64,000 nt of DNA from an uncultured Chloroflexota bacterium (GTDB lineage: Bacteria > Chloroflexota > Dehalococcoidia > Lucifugimonadales > UBA1127). The stretch covers positions 16,569 to 80,568 of the forward strand of contig CAJWQJ010000009.1 in NCBI GenBank assembly GCA_913045315.1, read 5' to 3'. Under the pieces are notes generated by a model that was not told where the DNA came from, searched no databases, and saw only the letters and a list, made by a program, of their open reading frames with translations. Below, piece after piece: positions 9,907 through 20,160 of this stretch (its first letter is position 1; each line of letters opens with the position of its first letter). Both the position numbers and the translations under genes were made by a program.

Positions 9907-10989
9907 ATGGTTTTAGAAGCTTTCCATATTAATGATAGTGATGCGATTCGTGTTCCTGAACAAAATCTTCGCAGGACTGTAACGGATCTATTTCAATCTT
10001 GTGGATTGACAAAAGAAGATGCTGAACTTGGAGCTGATGTCCTTATTAGTTCTGATCTTCGTGGAGTTGATAGCCATGGTGTATCAAACATGCTTCGTAA
10101 TTATATAACTCGTTACCAAGATGGAAGCATGAAGCCCAGACCCAATTGGAAAATTGTTCGAGAAGCGGCAGCTACAGCAACAATTGATTGTGATGAAGGT
10201 TTAGGAATAATTATTGCTCCAAAAGCTATGGAGATTGCTATTGAAAAAGCTAAAAATACTGGTATAGGTGTTGTAACCATGTCAAATGGTCGCCATGTTG
10301 GAATGGCTGCTTACCATGCGATGATGGCATTAAAGCATGACATGATTGGTCTTTGCATGACTGCACCAGGAGCTGGAACGCTTCCTACATTTGGTGCTGA
10401 ACCCAGATTAGGTACCAATCCTATTGCTGTTGCTGCTCCGACCAAAAATGAACCACCGTTTGTTTTTGATGCGGCTACAAGTAGTGTCGCAATTAATAAA
10501 ATTAATCTGGCAAAAAGAATGGATGTAGCTATCCCAGGAGGATTGATAGCTGATAATCAAGGAACTCCAATTTTGACTGAAGGGAAAGTTCCTGAGGATT
10601 TTAAACTTTTGCCAACTGGTGGAACTCGAGAACAGGGATCGCATAAAGGCTATGGTCTTGCTATGGTTGTCGAAATTCTCTGCAGTATTCTTTCTGCCAG
10701 TGGATTTGCTGCAATGAATGAACGTGGTGTTACTCAACACTTTGTCACAGCTTACAATGTTGAAGCATTCACTGATGTTAATGAATTTAAAGAAACTATG
10801 GATAAATTTTTAATTGCTATGCGGACTACTCCTCCAGCACCTGGCCACAAAGAAGTTATATTTCCAGGTCAAATTGAAGCAATAGAAGAAATTGAAAGAA
10901 GAAAAAATGGAATTCCTTTACATAGTGAAGTAATTGAATGGTTTGATACAATCTGTAAGGAGCTTTCAGTTAAAGGGCTTTTCGAATAA
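9907..10989 (+). CDS. Ldh_2 (malate/L-lactate/sulfolactate dehydrogenase type 2) family oxidoreductase
   Basis: DLRGVDSHG, H.GMA, LGTNPIA, HKGYGL, PG.IE; start at MVLE behind GGAGGGG. Confidence 0.92.
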   Translation: MVLEAFHINDSDAIRVPEQNLRRTVTDLFQSCGLTKEDAELGADVLISSDLRGVDSHGVSNMLRNYITRYQDGSMKPRPNWKIVREAAATATIDCDEGLGIIIAPKAMEIAIEKAKNTGIGVVTMSNGRHVGMAAYHAMMALKHDMIGLCMTAPGAGTLPTFGAEPRLGTNPIAVAAPTKNEPPFVFDAATSSVAINKINLAKRMDVAIPGGLIADNQGTPILTEGKVPEDFKLLPTGGTREQGSHKGYGLAMVVEILCSILSASGFAAMNERGVTQHFVTAYNVEAFTDVNEFKETMDKFLIAMRTTPPAPGHKEVIFPGQIEAIEEIERRKNGIPLHSEVIEWFDTICKELSVKGLFE

Positions 10990-11002
10990 AAAAACAACAA
11001 TT

Positions 11003-12217
11003 ATGACTAGTAAAAAAGTTGACATAACAATTATAGGCGGAGGAATTTTAGGACTATCTACCGCCATGCAATTATCAAAAAAACTACCCGATTCTAAGAT
11101 AGTAGTCTTAGAAAAGGAAGATAAGTTAGCAGTACATCAGACTGGACACAATAGTGGAGTGATCCATTCAGGCTTGTATTATCGTCCTGGTTCACAAAAA
11201 GCTTCCTTTTGTGTTGATGGAGCAAGCGCTCTTCGTGCTTTTTGTGATGAAAATAGTATTCCTTATGACTTAGTAGGTAAATTAGTTGTTGCTACTAATG
11301 AAGATGAGCTTGGTCGTCTTGATACACTTTTAGAAAGAGGACAGGCAAATGGCGTACAAGGTATCAGAATGATTGGTCCTGAGGAAATTATTGAAATTGA
11401 ACCTCATGTGACTTCTGGTGTTCGTGCAATTCATTGTCCTATGACAGGAATTATTGACTACACTCTTGTTACTAATACATATGCGAAGATATTTCAAAAT
11501 AATAATGGCGAGATATTTTTGTCAACTAAAGTTGTTAGTATTGGTAAAAAATCCAATGTAATCAATATTCAAACCAACCAAGGTGATTTTGAAACTAAAT
11601 ATATAATTAATTGTGCTGGATTATACGCTGATTCTATTGCGAGGAAGATGGGAATTGATCCAGGTATTCGTATAATTCCCTTTAGAGGGGAATATTTTAC
11701 GCTTGCTGAAAATAGTACTCATTTAGTAAAAGGCTTAATATACCCTGTTCCTGACCCGGCATTTCCTTTCCTTGGTGTTCATTATACTCGTATGATAAAT
11801 GGAGGAGTAGAAGCTGGTCCGAATGCTGTTTTAGCTTTTGCTCAAGAAGGATACTCAAAAACTAAAATTAATATAAGCGAATTCATTAGTACGCTTTTAT
11901 ATTCTGGATTTTGGGTAATGACAAGGAAATATTGGAAAACAGGAATGCAAGAAATGTATCGATCGTTTAGCAAGGATGCATTTACAAAGTCCCTCCAAAA
12001 ATTATTACCTGAAGTAAAAAAATCGGATCTTGTTCCTTCAGGAGCAGGAGTGAGGGCTCAAGCGGTTGATAGAACTGGATTTCTACTTGATGATTTTCAT
12101 ATAGTTGAAACCGATCAGGCAATTCATGTTCAGAATGCACCTTCTCCTGCAGCAACATCTTCGCTTGGTATTGGAAATCACATCACTAATATTGCCTTGA
12201 AAAATTTTGATTTATAA
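11003..12217 (+). CDS. lhgO: L-2-hydroxyglutarate oxidase
   Basis: GGGILG FAD motif, HQTGHNSGVIHSGLYY, PFRGEY, YPVPDPAFPFLGVH, GVRAQA, NAPSPAATSS. Confidence 0.92.
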   Translation: MTSKKVDITIIGGGILGLSTAMQLSKKLPDSKIVVLEKEDKLAVHQTGHNSGVIHSGLYYRPGSQKASFCVDGASALRAFCDENSIPYDLVGKLVVATNEDELGRLDTLLERGQANGVQGIRMIGPEEIIEIEPHVTSGVRAIHCPMTGIIDYTLVTNTYAKIFQNNNGEIFLSTKVVSIGKKSNVINIQTNQGDFETKYIINCAGLYADSIARKMGIDPGIRIIPFRGEYFTLAENSTHLVKGLIYPVPDPAFPFLGVHYTRMINGGVEAGPNAVLAFAQEGYSKTKINISEFISTLLYSGFWVMTRKYWKTGMQEMYRSFSKDAFTKSLQKLLPEVKKSDLVPSGAGVRAQAVDRTGFLLDDFHIVETDQAIHVQNAPSPAATSSLGIGNHITNIALKNFDL

Positions 12218-12270
12218 TAATAATTAGTATTTTCTTATATTTTTAAATTTCTCAATTATTATGGTCTATT

Positions 12271-13026
12271 ATGAGTATAACTGTTTCTGCTAAAACCTCT
12301 CGTGGAGTCGCTAGAGATATTAATCAGGATAATTATGGTTATCTCAATAATATTGATGATGTCAATATAAACTTGATTGCTGTTGTCGCTGATGGTCTTG
12401 GTGGATTAGCTAATGGTGATATCGCCAGTAAAACTGCTGTTGATATGTTTTTAGAGGCATATAAAAATACTAATAATAGTCAACCAATTACTCAAGAAAA
12501 TTTAATTACTCTTTTTTCTCAAATTAATAACTATGTTTATGATAGTGGGATTTCTGGTGAGTCTATGCATCAAAACCCTAGAGACCCATCTATGGCCACT
12601 ACATTAAGTACAGTTATTATTAGTGAAAAATCAATTAAGATATGTCACATAGGTGATAGTCGAATATATCTCTATCGAAATAATTCATTATCCAGATTTA
12701 CCATTGACCATTCATGGGTGGCTGAAGCTATTCAATCTGGAAAATTAACTGAGGAAGAAGCTCATATCCATCCAATGAGAAATATTGTTACACAAGTTAT
12801 TGGCTCTCCCAGAACTATAAGACCATTTTATTTAGAATCTGAAATATTTGATAATGATAGAATTATTTTATGTACTGATGGTATTCATGGCACATTAACT
12901 GATAATGAGATAAGTGAAGTGATTAATGATAACGATTCAAAAGATATGTTATTGAATTCATTGTTTGCTAAAGCACAATTAAACGGAAGCACAGATGATA
13001 TGACTGCTATTGTGATTGACTTGTAA
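12271..13026 (+). CDS. PP2C/PPM Ser/Thr protein phosphatase
   Basis: R..NQD, VADGLGG, HIGDSR, DHS, LCTDG, DDMT. Confidence 0.93.
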   Translation: MSITVSAKTSRGVARDINQDNYGYLNNIDDVNINLIAVVADGLGGLANGDIASKTAVDMFLEAYKNTNNSQPITQENLITLFSQINNYVYDSGISGESMHQNPRDPSMATTLSTVIISEKSIKICHIGDSRIYLYRNNSLSRFTIDHSWVAEAIQSGKLTEEEAHIHPMRNIVTQVIGSPRTIRPFYLESEIFDNDRIILCTDGIHGTLTDNEISEVINDNDSKDMLLNSLFAKAQLNGSTDDMTAIVIDL

Positions 13027-13038
13027 AGGTAATTATCC

Positions 13039-13869
13039 TTGAATGATCATAGATTTCATTATAATTCAATAAATTCCAGATTACCCGAATATATTTCTAC
13101 ATATAAGATAACTGATACTCAAATTAATTTGGGTTCCCAAGGACGAGTAATAAAAGCTTTTGATCAAATTTCAAAAAAATTTGTAGCAATTAAAATTTTG
13201 CCTGACGAATATGAATCATATGAGCAATCGATTCTTTCTTCATTGATGAATGATGTTTATGAGAATGATATTAAAATTGAATCATTTCGTACGTTTCATA
13301 TTTACCATGCAAATATTGTTCAAATAATTGATGTTGGAAATGATACCCATTTGGGGCCTTTTTTTGTTATGGAATGGGTTGATGGTGGAAGTCTAAGAGA
13401 TTTAATTTCTAGAAGTCCTCATGAACTTGAAATTGATTTGGCAATTAATATCGTCAATAACATTCTAGAAGGATTAGAAGTAGCTCACTCTTATGGAATA
13501 ATTCATTTCGATATCAAACCCGAAAATATATTACTAGATGAAAATAATATTGCTAAAATATCAGATTTTGGATCATCTGTTGAAATTGATAGTGCCGGTG
13601 GATTTATTGATAGAGGTACAATTGGATATATTGCACCAGAAAGACTTATTCAAAAAGATGAATTTTTAACAATTTCATCGGATATATTTTCAGTTGGAGT
13701 AATACTTAGTGAATTACTCGATTTTAAAAATAGAATATTGAATAATGATATTGCTAATAGATTACAAGAAATAATAAATATTTCCACGAATAAAGATCCA
13801 AATTCTCGATATATATCAGCTAAAGAAATGCAGGAAGAATTAGAAATCGTTTTAAACGATATCTATTGA
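13039..13869 (+). CDS. Hanks-type Ser/Thr protein kinase, catalytic domain only
   Basis: VAIK, HFDIKPEN, DFG, GTIGYIAPE, SDIFSVG; no TM or sensor domain. Confidence 0.9.
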   Translation: MNDHRFHYNSINSRLPEYISTYKITDTQINLGSQGRVIKAFDQISKKFVAIKILPDEYESYEQSILSSLMNDVYENDIKIESFRTFHIYHANIVQIIDVGNDTHLGPFFVMEWVDGGSLRDLISRSPHELEIDLAINIVNNILEGLEVAHSYGIIHFDIKPENILLDENNIAKISDFGSSVEIDSAGGFIDRGTIGYIAPERLIQKDEFLTISSDIFSVGVILSELLDFKNRILNNDIANRLQEIINISTNKDPNSRYISAKEMQEELEIVLNDIY

Positions 13870-14742
13870 ATAGGATTTTAATAAATTATCAAGAAATTCT
13901 ACTGTTCCATCATCGGGTGCCACAAGTGGTAGGCGATTTGGACCTACGTTAAATCCTGATTTATTTAATGCATATTTGATAGGAATTGGGCTTGTTATTG
14001 TGAAAATCCCTTTAAATAAAGGTAGCAATCTGTGATGTTCATCTGCAGCCTTGCTTATATTGCCCGAAACAATCAATTCCATCATTTTTCGAATCTGATT
14101 ACCTACTAAATGTGAAGCTACACTTATTACACCATATCCACCCATTGACATAATGTTAAATGTTTCATTGTCGTTTCCACTCCAAACATAAAAATCATTC
14201 GCTGTGCTCGAGATTATCCGTGCAATCTGATCCGGATCACTGCTCGCTTCTTTGACCCCAATGATATTATCGATCATGGAGAGTTTAATCGTCGTATCCG
14301 ATGTCATATTAAGGCCGGTTCGACTAGGAACGTTATAAGGGATAAGTGGTAAATGTGTGCTTTCAGCTATAGCAGAAAAGTGCTTTAAAAGACCTTCTTG
14401 AGGGGGTTTATTGTAATATGGCACTACGGCCATAATACCGTCTAGATTTAATTTTGAAGCTTCCTTTGTAAGCTCTATACTCTCTCTTGTGCTATAAGTG
14501 CCTGTTCCTGCAATGATCGAAGCTGTGTTACCAATTGCAGATTTGCATACATCGAACAATCGTAATTTCTCATCAATTGATAAACTTGGTGATTCCCCGG
14601 TTGTTCCTGACACAACCAAGCCATCACTGCCAGATTTAACAAGAGCTAATGCAAGTTTTTTTACTTGATCATAATCAATTTCTCCACTTTCATTAAATGG
14701 AGTTACCATTGCAGTGAGTAGTCTTCCTATTTTTATTGCCAA
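13852..14742 (-). CDS. dapA: 4-hydroxy-tetrahydrodipicolinate synthase
   Basis: GTTGES, PYYNKP, YNVPSRTG, GVKEAS. Confidence 0.97.
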   Translation of the reverse strand: MAIKIGRLLTAMVTPFNESGEIDYDQVKKLALALVKSGSDGLVVSGTTGESPSLSIDEKLRLFDVCKSAIGNTASIIAGTGTYSTRESIELTKEASKLNLDGIMAVVPYYNKPPQEGLLKHFSAIAESTHLPLIPYNVPSRTGLNMTSDTTIKLSMIDNIIGVKEASSDPDQIARIISSTANDFYVWSGNDNETFNIMSMGGYGVISVASHLVGNQIRKMMELIVSGNISKAADEHHRLLPLFKGIFTITSPIPIKYALNKSGFNVGPNRLPLVAPDDGTVEFLDNLLKSYSIDIV

Positions 14743-14758
14743 GATTATATCTCCGTAA

Positions 14759-15781
14759 TTACTCTATCAAACCCATCTTTATCATATGTTCAGCAATTTG
14801 CATAGCATTTAGTGCTGCTCCCTTTCTAAGATTATCAGAAACAACCCATAATGCTAATCCATTATCACATGATAAATCTTTTCGAATTCGACCAACAAAA
14901 ACATCATTATTATTTGCAGAATTAAGAGGCATAGGATACTCATTATTTTGTGGATTATCAATAACAGAAATTCCTGGGAAATCATTAAGTACTTTTCTAG
15001 CATCATCTGGTAAAAATGGATTCTCAAATTCAATATGGATTGCTTCACTATGACCATAGAACACTGGAACTCGAACACAAGTAGCAGAAATTAGCATGTC
15101 AGGCGCATGAAGAATTTTACGGGTTTCCTCAATCATTTTATTTTCTTCATTTGTGTATCCTGTATTTAAAAAAGGTTCAATATGGGGAAGTAAATTAAAT
15201 GCGATTTGATGTGGGTATATTTCAGGAGAAATCGTTTCAGAATTAATGAAATCTCGACTTTGTTCATGAAGTTCTGTTATAGCAGCAATTCCGGTTCCGG
15301 AAACAGCTTGATATGTATCAACTATTATACGCTTGATCGGATTAACATCGTGAAGAGGCTTTAATACCATAGCCATTTGAATTGTAGAACAATTGGGTAT
15401 GGCGGTAATGCCTTCGTGAGATAAAAGGTCATTAGCGTTCACTTCTGGAATTACAAGCGGAACACCATTAGTTAATCGAAAAGCGGAACTATCATCTACG
15501 ACTATTGCTCCATTTTGAACTGCAATTGGTGCAAATTCACGGCTTACATCAGCACTAGCTGATATAAAAGCAATATCAATATTTTTGAAAGAGTCAGCCG
15601 TAGTTTCAGATACTGTTAAATCTTGTCCGTTCACTGAGATTACTTTGCCTTCAGATCTCTTTGATGCAAGTAAACGTATTTCTTGAGCAGGAAATTTTCG
15701 TTCTTTCATTAAATCAATAAAAACTTTTCCCACAGCACCAGTTGCTCCTACGATAGCAATATTTACATTAGATTTGGTCAT
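14759..15781 (-). CDS. asd: Aspartate-semialdehyde dehydrogenase
   Basis: GATGAVG, PNCSTIQ, YQAVSG, CVRVPVFYGHSE, DNLRKGAALNA. Confidence 0.97.
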   Translation of the reverse strand: MTKSNVNIAIVGATGAVGKVFIDLMKERKFPAQEIRLLASKRSEGKVISVNGQDLTVSETTADSFKNIDIAFISASADVSREFAPIAVQNGAIVVDDSSAFRLTNGVPLVIPEVNANDLLSHEGITAIPNCSTIQMAMVLKPLHDVNPIKRIIVDTYQAVSGTGIAAITELHEQSRDFINSETISPEIYPHQIAFNLLPHIEPFLNTGYTNEENKMIEETRKILHAPDMLISATCVRVPVFYGHSEAIHIEFENPFLPDDARKVLNDFPGISVIDNPQNNEYPMPLNSANNNDVFVGRIRKDLSCDNGLALWVVSDNLRKGAALNAMQIAEHMIKMGLIE

Positions 15782-15785
15782 AAAT

Positions 15786-16574
15786 TTATAGTCCTAAAAT
15801 ATTTTCAAGTCCAACAATCAGAGTTTTATGATTTCGTACATCGCGAACTGCACGTAAGACTCCAGGCATGTAACATTCTCTGTTTATGGTGTTGTGTTTG
15901 ACTTCAAGTGTTTGTCCAGAAGTTCCGAATACAACATTATGTTGTGCAAGCATGCCTTGCATCCTAGAGGCATGTATTTTTACTCCTTGATAATCAGCAC
16001 CTCTACTGCCTTGAATGAGTTCAGTTTTTGTTTCAGGTGTTATCAATGGGGAATCTGGGGACAAACCAGAAATAATTGATCTGGCAATAGCTAATGCTGT
16101 TCCTGATGGAGCATCGATTTTATTTTCATGATGTGTTTCGTTTATTTCAATATATTCAAAAAATGGACTTAATTGTTTTGCTATATGAATTAGTAAAATA
16201 GCTCCTATAGCAAAATTAGCAGCATATATTATCCCAGTTTTGTTTTCATCAGCTAATGTTCGAATTTCTTTGATATCACTTTCAGCTAATCCAGTTGTTC
16301 CTGAGACGATGGATATGCTGTTTGGAAGGCAATATTTAGCAGCGTTTAATAGCGAATTACTAGTAGAAAAATCGACAAGTATATCAGGTGAGGTTTTTGA
16401 AATACATTCAGATATGTTATCAAACAAAGAAATTTCATTATTATTAAACGTTATGGATGATGATGTTGAAAGATCAATCCCACCAACAAGTTCAAGATCA
16501 GGAGCTGAAGATATGGCTTTCATTACTTCAGTACCCATGTTGCCTAAAATACCCTGTATAACAACTTTTGCCAT
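15786..16574 (-). CDS. dapB: 4-hydroxy-tetrahydrodipicolinate reductase
   Basis: SGTTG, ANFAIG, ETHHENKIDAPSGTA. Confidence 0.97.
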   Translation of the reverse strand: MAKVVIQGILGNMGTEVMKAISSAPDLELVGGIDLSTSSSITFNNNEISLFDNISECISKTSPDILVDFSTSNSLLNAAKYCLPNSISIVSGTTGLAESDIKEIRTLADENKTGIIYAANFAIGAILLIHIAKQLSPFFEYIEINETHHENKIDAPSGTALAIARSIISGLSPDSPLITPETKTELIQGSRGADYQGVKIHASRMQGMLAQHNVVFGTSGQTLEVKHNTINRECYMPGVLRAVRDVRNHKTLIVGLENILGL

Positions 16575-16615
16575 ATTAGAACTCCTTTCTAGTAATTATT
16601 TATAAAAAGCAGTTA

Positions 16616-18826
16616 TCAATCTGAGAATCTTCTTCTTGGTTGTCTATCATTGCGATTGCCACCCCGACCATCATAATTACGTCGTGGTGGGCCAGATGGG
16701 CCACGTCGTTCTCGAGATTTTTCCCTAGATGCCTGAACTTCTTCTACAGTTAATCCTTGAAGGACTGCTCTACGAGATAAATTAATTCTTCCAAGTCTAT
16801 CAATTTCAATAACCATAACTTCAACTTCATCGCCTACATTAACAACATCTTCAACTTTCTGAACTTGAGTATCGTCTAATTCACTGATATGACATAAACC
16901 GTCTTTACCAGGCATAAATTCTATAAAAGCACCAAAATCCATTAAACGAACAACTTTACCTTCATAAATAGCTCCGATTTCAGCTTCTTTTGTTAATCCT
17001 TCAATTTTACTCTTTGCAGCACTTAATGCCTCTCCAGTAGGAGCTGCAATAAAAACGGAACCATCATCTTCAATGTCAATTGATGCACCAGAAGATTCCA
17101 TTATAGATCGAATCATCTTACCACCGGGCCCAATAACAGCCCCTATTTTTTCGGTAGGTATAGAAATTCGTTCAACTCGCGGAGCGTGTGGGCTCATGTC
17201 CGAATTAACTTGAGGTATAGCATCTAACATTTTTTGTAATATAAACAAGCGGGCTTCTTTGGCCTGACTCAGGGCTTTTTCCATTATTTCGTTCGTTATA
17301 CCTTTGACTTTTATGTCCATTTGTAATGCAGTAATTCCCTCAGATGTCCCTGCAACTTTAAAATCCATATCTCCTAAATGATCTTCAATTCCTTGGATGT
17401 CCGTAAGAATTGCAAAGTCACCGTTATCACCCATAATCAATCCCATCGCAACACCACTAACTGGAGCTTTAATAGGTACTCCAGCATGCATTAAACTTAA
17501 AGTGCTCCCACAAACACTCCCCATTGATGTACTTCCATTAGAGCTTAAAGCTTCAGAAACAAGTCGAAGGGCATATGGAAATTCTTCTCTTGAAGGGATA
17601 ACAGGTTCTAATGCTCGTTCAGCTAAAGCACCATGTCCAATCTCTCTCCGACCAGTATTTAACCGTCTAACTTCACCAACAGAAAATGGTGGAAAATTAT
17701 AATGATGCATGTATCTTTTTGTATCAACGGGGCTAACGTTATCAAGTTTCTGTTCAAGACTAAGTCCACCAAGTGTAGTTGTGGTTAATATCTGGGTTTG
17801 GCCTCGTGTAAATAATCCACTGCCGTGGGTTCGTGGAAGAATATCTACCTCACATGAGATAGGTCTAATTTCCTCTCTATTTCGTCCATCTGCTCGAACA
17901 TTGTTTTCAAGAACACCTTTTCGGAATGTTGATTCCATTCTGATATCGAATGCTTTATGAATCCAACTAGAATCATAATCATCAGATAATGATTCGGATA
18001 CTTCCTTTTGGAGTGAATTCAATTCTTCACCCTTCTCTCCTTTTTCTTTACCAGAAAAGATAGCTTGGTGTAGACGGTCATTTAATATTGAATCTAATGA
18101 ATTTAAAAGTCCTTCAGGAAGAGGCTCAGGGTCAGGGACAATAATTTTTTGTTTACCACACAATTTTACTAATTCGTTTATTGCTTCAACAATCTCATTA
18201 TTGACTTTTCTTGCTTCATCGAATGCATCTAATACAAGTTGTTCTGAAACAATTTCAGCTCCAGCTTCGACCATAACAATTGCATCTTTTGAGCTAGCAA
18301 CAATAAGATTAAGTTTACTTGATGTTAACTCATCATATGTAGGATTTATTATTAAAGCGTCGTTAATAAATCCAATCCTCGATCCAGAAATTGGTCCCTC
18401 AAATGGTATTGCTGAAATTGATAAAGCAGCAGATGCACCAATAATTGATAGTATATCAGGTATATTTTCCTGATCCGATGAAAGCACAGTTGAAATTATT
18501 TGGACTTCATTTTTAAAATTTTTTGGAAAAAGTGGTCGAATTGGCCTGTCGGTTAAACGTGCTGCAAGAATAGCATCGGTAGGAGGTCGTCCTTCCCTTC
18601 TGAAAAAACTACCAGGAATTCTTCCCACAGCATAAAGACGTTCTTCAAACTCTACACTCAATGGGAAAAAATCAATACCTTCTCTTGCATCAGCCATACA
18701 TGCTGTCACTAATACAACAGTATCTCCATATCTAACAGTTACTGCACCATCTGCTTGCCCTGCAAGTTTTCCTGACTCTAACGTTAATTCTCGACCACCA
18801 ACATTTACACTTACAGAATTTGTCAT
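16616..18826 (-). CDS. pnp: Polyribonucleotide nucleotidyltransferase (PNPase)
   Basis: FFRREGRP, RREIGHG, SNGSTSM, GDMDFKVAG, KH and S1 domains; ATG 18826 fits the GAGGTG SD. Confidence 0.98.
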   Translation of the reverse strand: MTNSVSVNVGGRELTLESGKLAGQADGAVTVRYGDTVVLVTACMADAREGIDFFPLSVEFEERLYAVGRIPGSFFRREGRPPTDAILAARLTDRPIRPLFPKNFKNEVQIISTVLSSDQENIPDILSIIGASAALSISAIPFEGPISGSRIGFINDALIINPTYDELTSSKLNLIVASSKDAIVMVEAGAEIVSEQLVLDAFDEARKVNNEIVEAINELVKLCGKQKIIVPDPEPLPEGLLNSLDSILNDRLHQAIFSGKEKGEKGEELNSLQKEVSESLSDDYDSSWIHKAFDIRMESTFRKGVLENNVRADGRNREEIRPISCEVDILPRTHGSGLFTRGQTQILTTTTLGGLSLEQKLDNVSPVDTKRYMHHYNFPPFSVGEVRRLNTGRREIGHGALAERALEPVIPSREEFPYALRLVSEALSSNGSTSMGSVCGSTLSLMHAGVPIKAPVSGVAMGLIMGDNGDFAILTDIQGIEDHLGDMDFKVAGTSEGITALQMDIKVKGITNEIMEKALSQAKEARLFILQKMLDAIPQVNSDMSPHAPRVERISIPTEKIGAVIGPGGKMIRSIMESSGASIDIEDDGSVFIAAPTGEALSAAKSKIEGLTKEAEIGAIYEGKVVRLMDFGAFIEFMPGKDGLCHISELDDTQVQKVEDVVNVGDEVEVMVIEIDRLGRINLSRRAVLQGLTVEEVQASREKSRERRGPSGPPRRNYDGRGGNRNDRQPRRRFSD

Positions 18827-18870
18827 CAATCACCTCTATTCGTATACCAACTTATCTTGAGCGAATGTGT

Positions 18871-19134
18871 TTAACGGTTAAGCCCAAGACGAGCTATAAG
18901 TGATCGATATTCATCAGGTTTTGATTGAGATAGATATCGAAGTAATCTTCTTCTTTGACCAACTAACTTAATTAAGCCACGTCTAGTATGATGATCTTTG
19001 TTATGTGTTTGAACATGTGATGTTAGTTCTTTAATTCGATGTGTTAATACAGCAACCTGAACAGGAGTTGACCCTGTATCTTTTTCAGTTCTTCCATACT
19101 CACTTATTAGAGTGGATTTTTCCTGTGGCTTCAC
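18871..19134 (-). CDS. rpsO: 30S ribosomal protein S15
   Basis: DTGS..VQVA.LT, KDHH.RRGL..LVGQRRRLL.YL; upstream of pnp. Confidence 0.98.
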   Translation of the reverse strand: MKPQEKSTLISEYGRTEKDTGSTPVQVAVLTHRIKELTSHVQTHNKDHHTRRGLIKLVGQRRRLLRYLSQSKPDEYRSLIARLGLNR

Positions 19135-19254
19135 GATTCCTCTTTTTACTCGTCTTACTTACCTTATAAACAGTATATCACAGTATACTGAAACGTGAAA
19201 AGGATATAATATTACCCGCATCTGACAATAAAATATAATTACAAGGAAATTAAT

Positions 19255-20160
19255 ATGACCGCTGAAATTATAGATGGCAAATATATTTCTTCTCAAATCA
19301 GAAATGAGTTATCTGCAGAAGTTGCATCACTACATTCAAAAACTGGTAATAGGCCTGGCTTGGCGGTTGTTCTAGTTGGGAATGATCCAGCATCAGCAAC
19401 TTATGTCCGTAACAAGGGAATTGCATGTGATGAAGTAGGTATTACATCAGAAACAATTCTTTTACCTAGTAACTCAAATGAAGAAGATGTTTTGAACACA
19501 ATAAAAGATTTAAATAAGGATGATCGTTTCAACGGTATATTGTTGCAACTTCCTCTACCATCAGGAATCAATGAAGATTCAATGCTGTTAACTATAGATC
19601 CAAATAAAGATGTCGATGGTTTACATCCATATAATGTTGGAAGGCTAATGCAAGGATCACCAATTTTTATTCCATGTACACCTGCTGGTGTACAAGAATT
19701 GTTACTTCGAAGTGGGTATGATCCTTCTGGTCAACATGTGGTCATTTGTGGGAGAAGTAATATTGTTGGAAAACCACTTTCTGCATTGCTATCACAGAAG
19801 CTTAAAGGAGCAAATGCAACAGTGACTGTATGTCACACTGGAACAAAAAATATGCAAGATATAACAAAATTAGCAGATATATTAATTGTTGCAGCAGGAA
19901 GGCCAAATATGATTGATAAAGAAATGCTAAAACCCAATACTATAATTATTGATGTTGGCATAAACAGAATTGAAGACAATACCAGAAAAAGTGGGTTTAG
20001 ATTGATTGGAGACGTTGATTTTAATTCTGTAAAAGATATAGCAAGAGCAATAACTCCTGTTCCTGGTGGAGTAGGCCCGATGACCATTGCTATGTTACTA
20101 AAAAATACCGTTCAATCATTTCGTAATATGCATAATTTGCCGGATGAAAAATTAATATAA
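19255..20160 (+). CDS. folD: Methylenetetrahydrofolate dehydrogenase/cyclohydrolase
   Basis: KDVDGLHP, PCTPAG, GRSNIVGKP, TPVPGGVGPMT. Confidence 0.97.
   Translation: MTAEIIDGKYISSQIRNELSAEVASLHSKTGNRPGLAVVLVGNDPASATYVRNKGIACDEVGITSETILLPSNSNEEDVLNTIKDLNKDDRFNGILLQLPLPSGINEDSMLLTIDPNKDVDGLHPYNVGRLMQGSPIFIPCTPAGVQELLLRSGYDPSGQHVVICGRSNIVGKPLSALLSQKLKGANATVTVCHTGTKNMQDITKLADILIVAAGRPNMIDKEMLKPNTIIIDVGINRIEDNTRKSGFRLIGDVDFNSVKDIARAITPVPGGVGPMTIAMLLKNTVQSFRNMHNLPDEKLI

Noticed and set aside
19135-19254. S15 autoregulatory RNA leader upstream of rpsO
   Set aside because: The spacer is short and shared with divergent folD; only promoter-like TATACT/TATAAT elements are visible and no convincing structure
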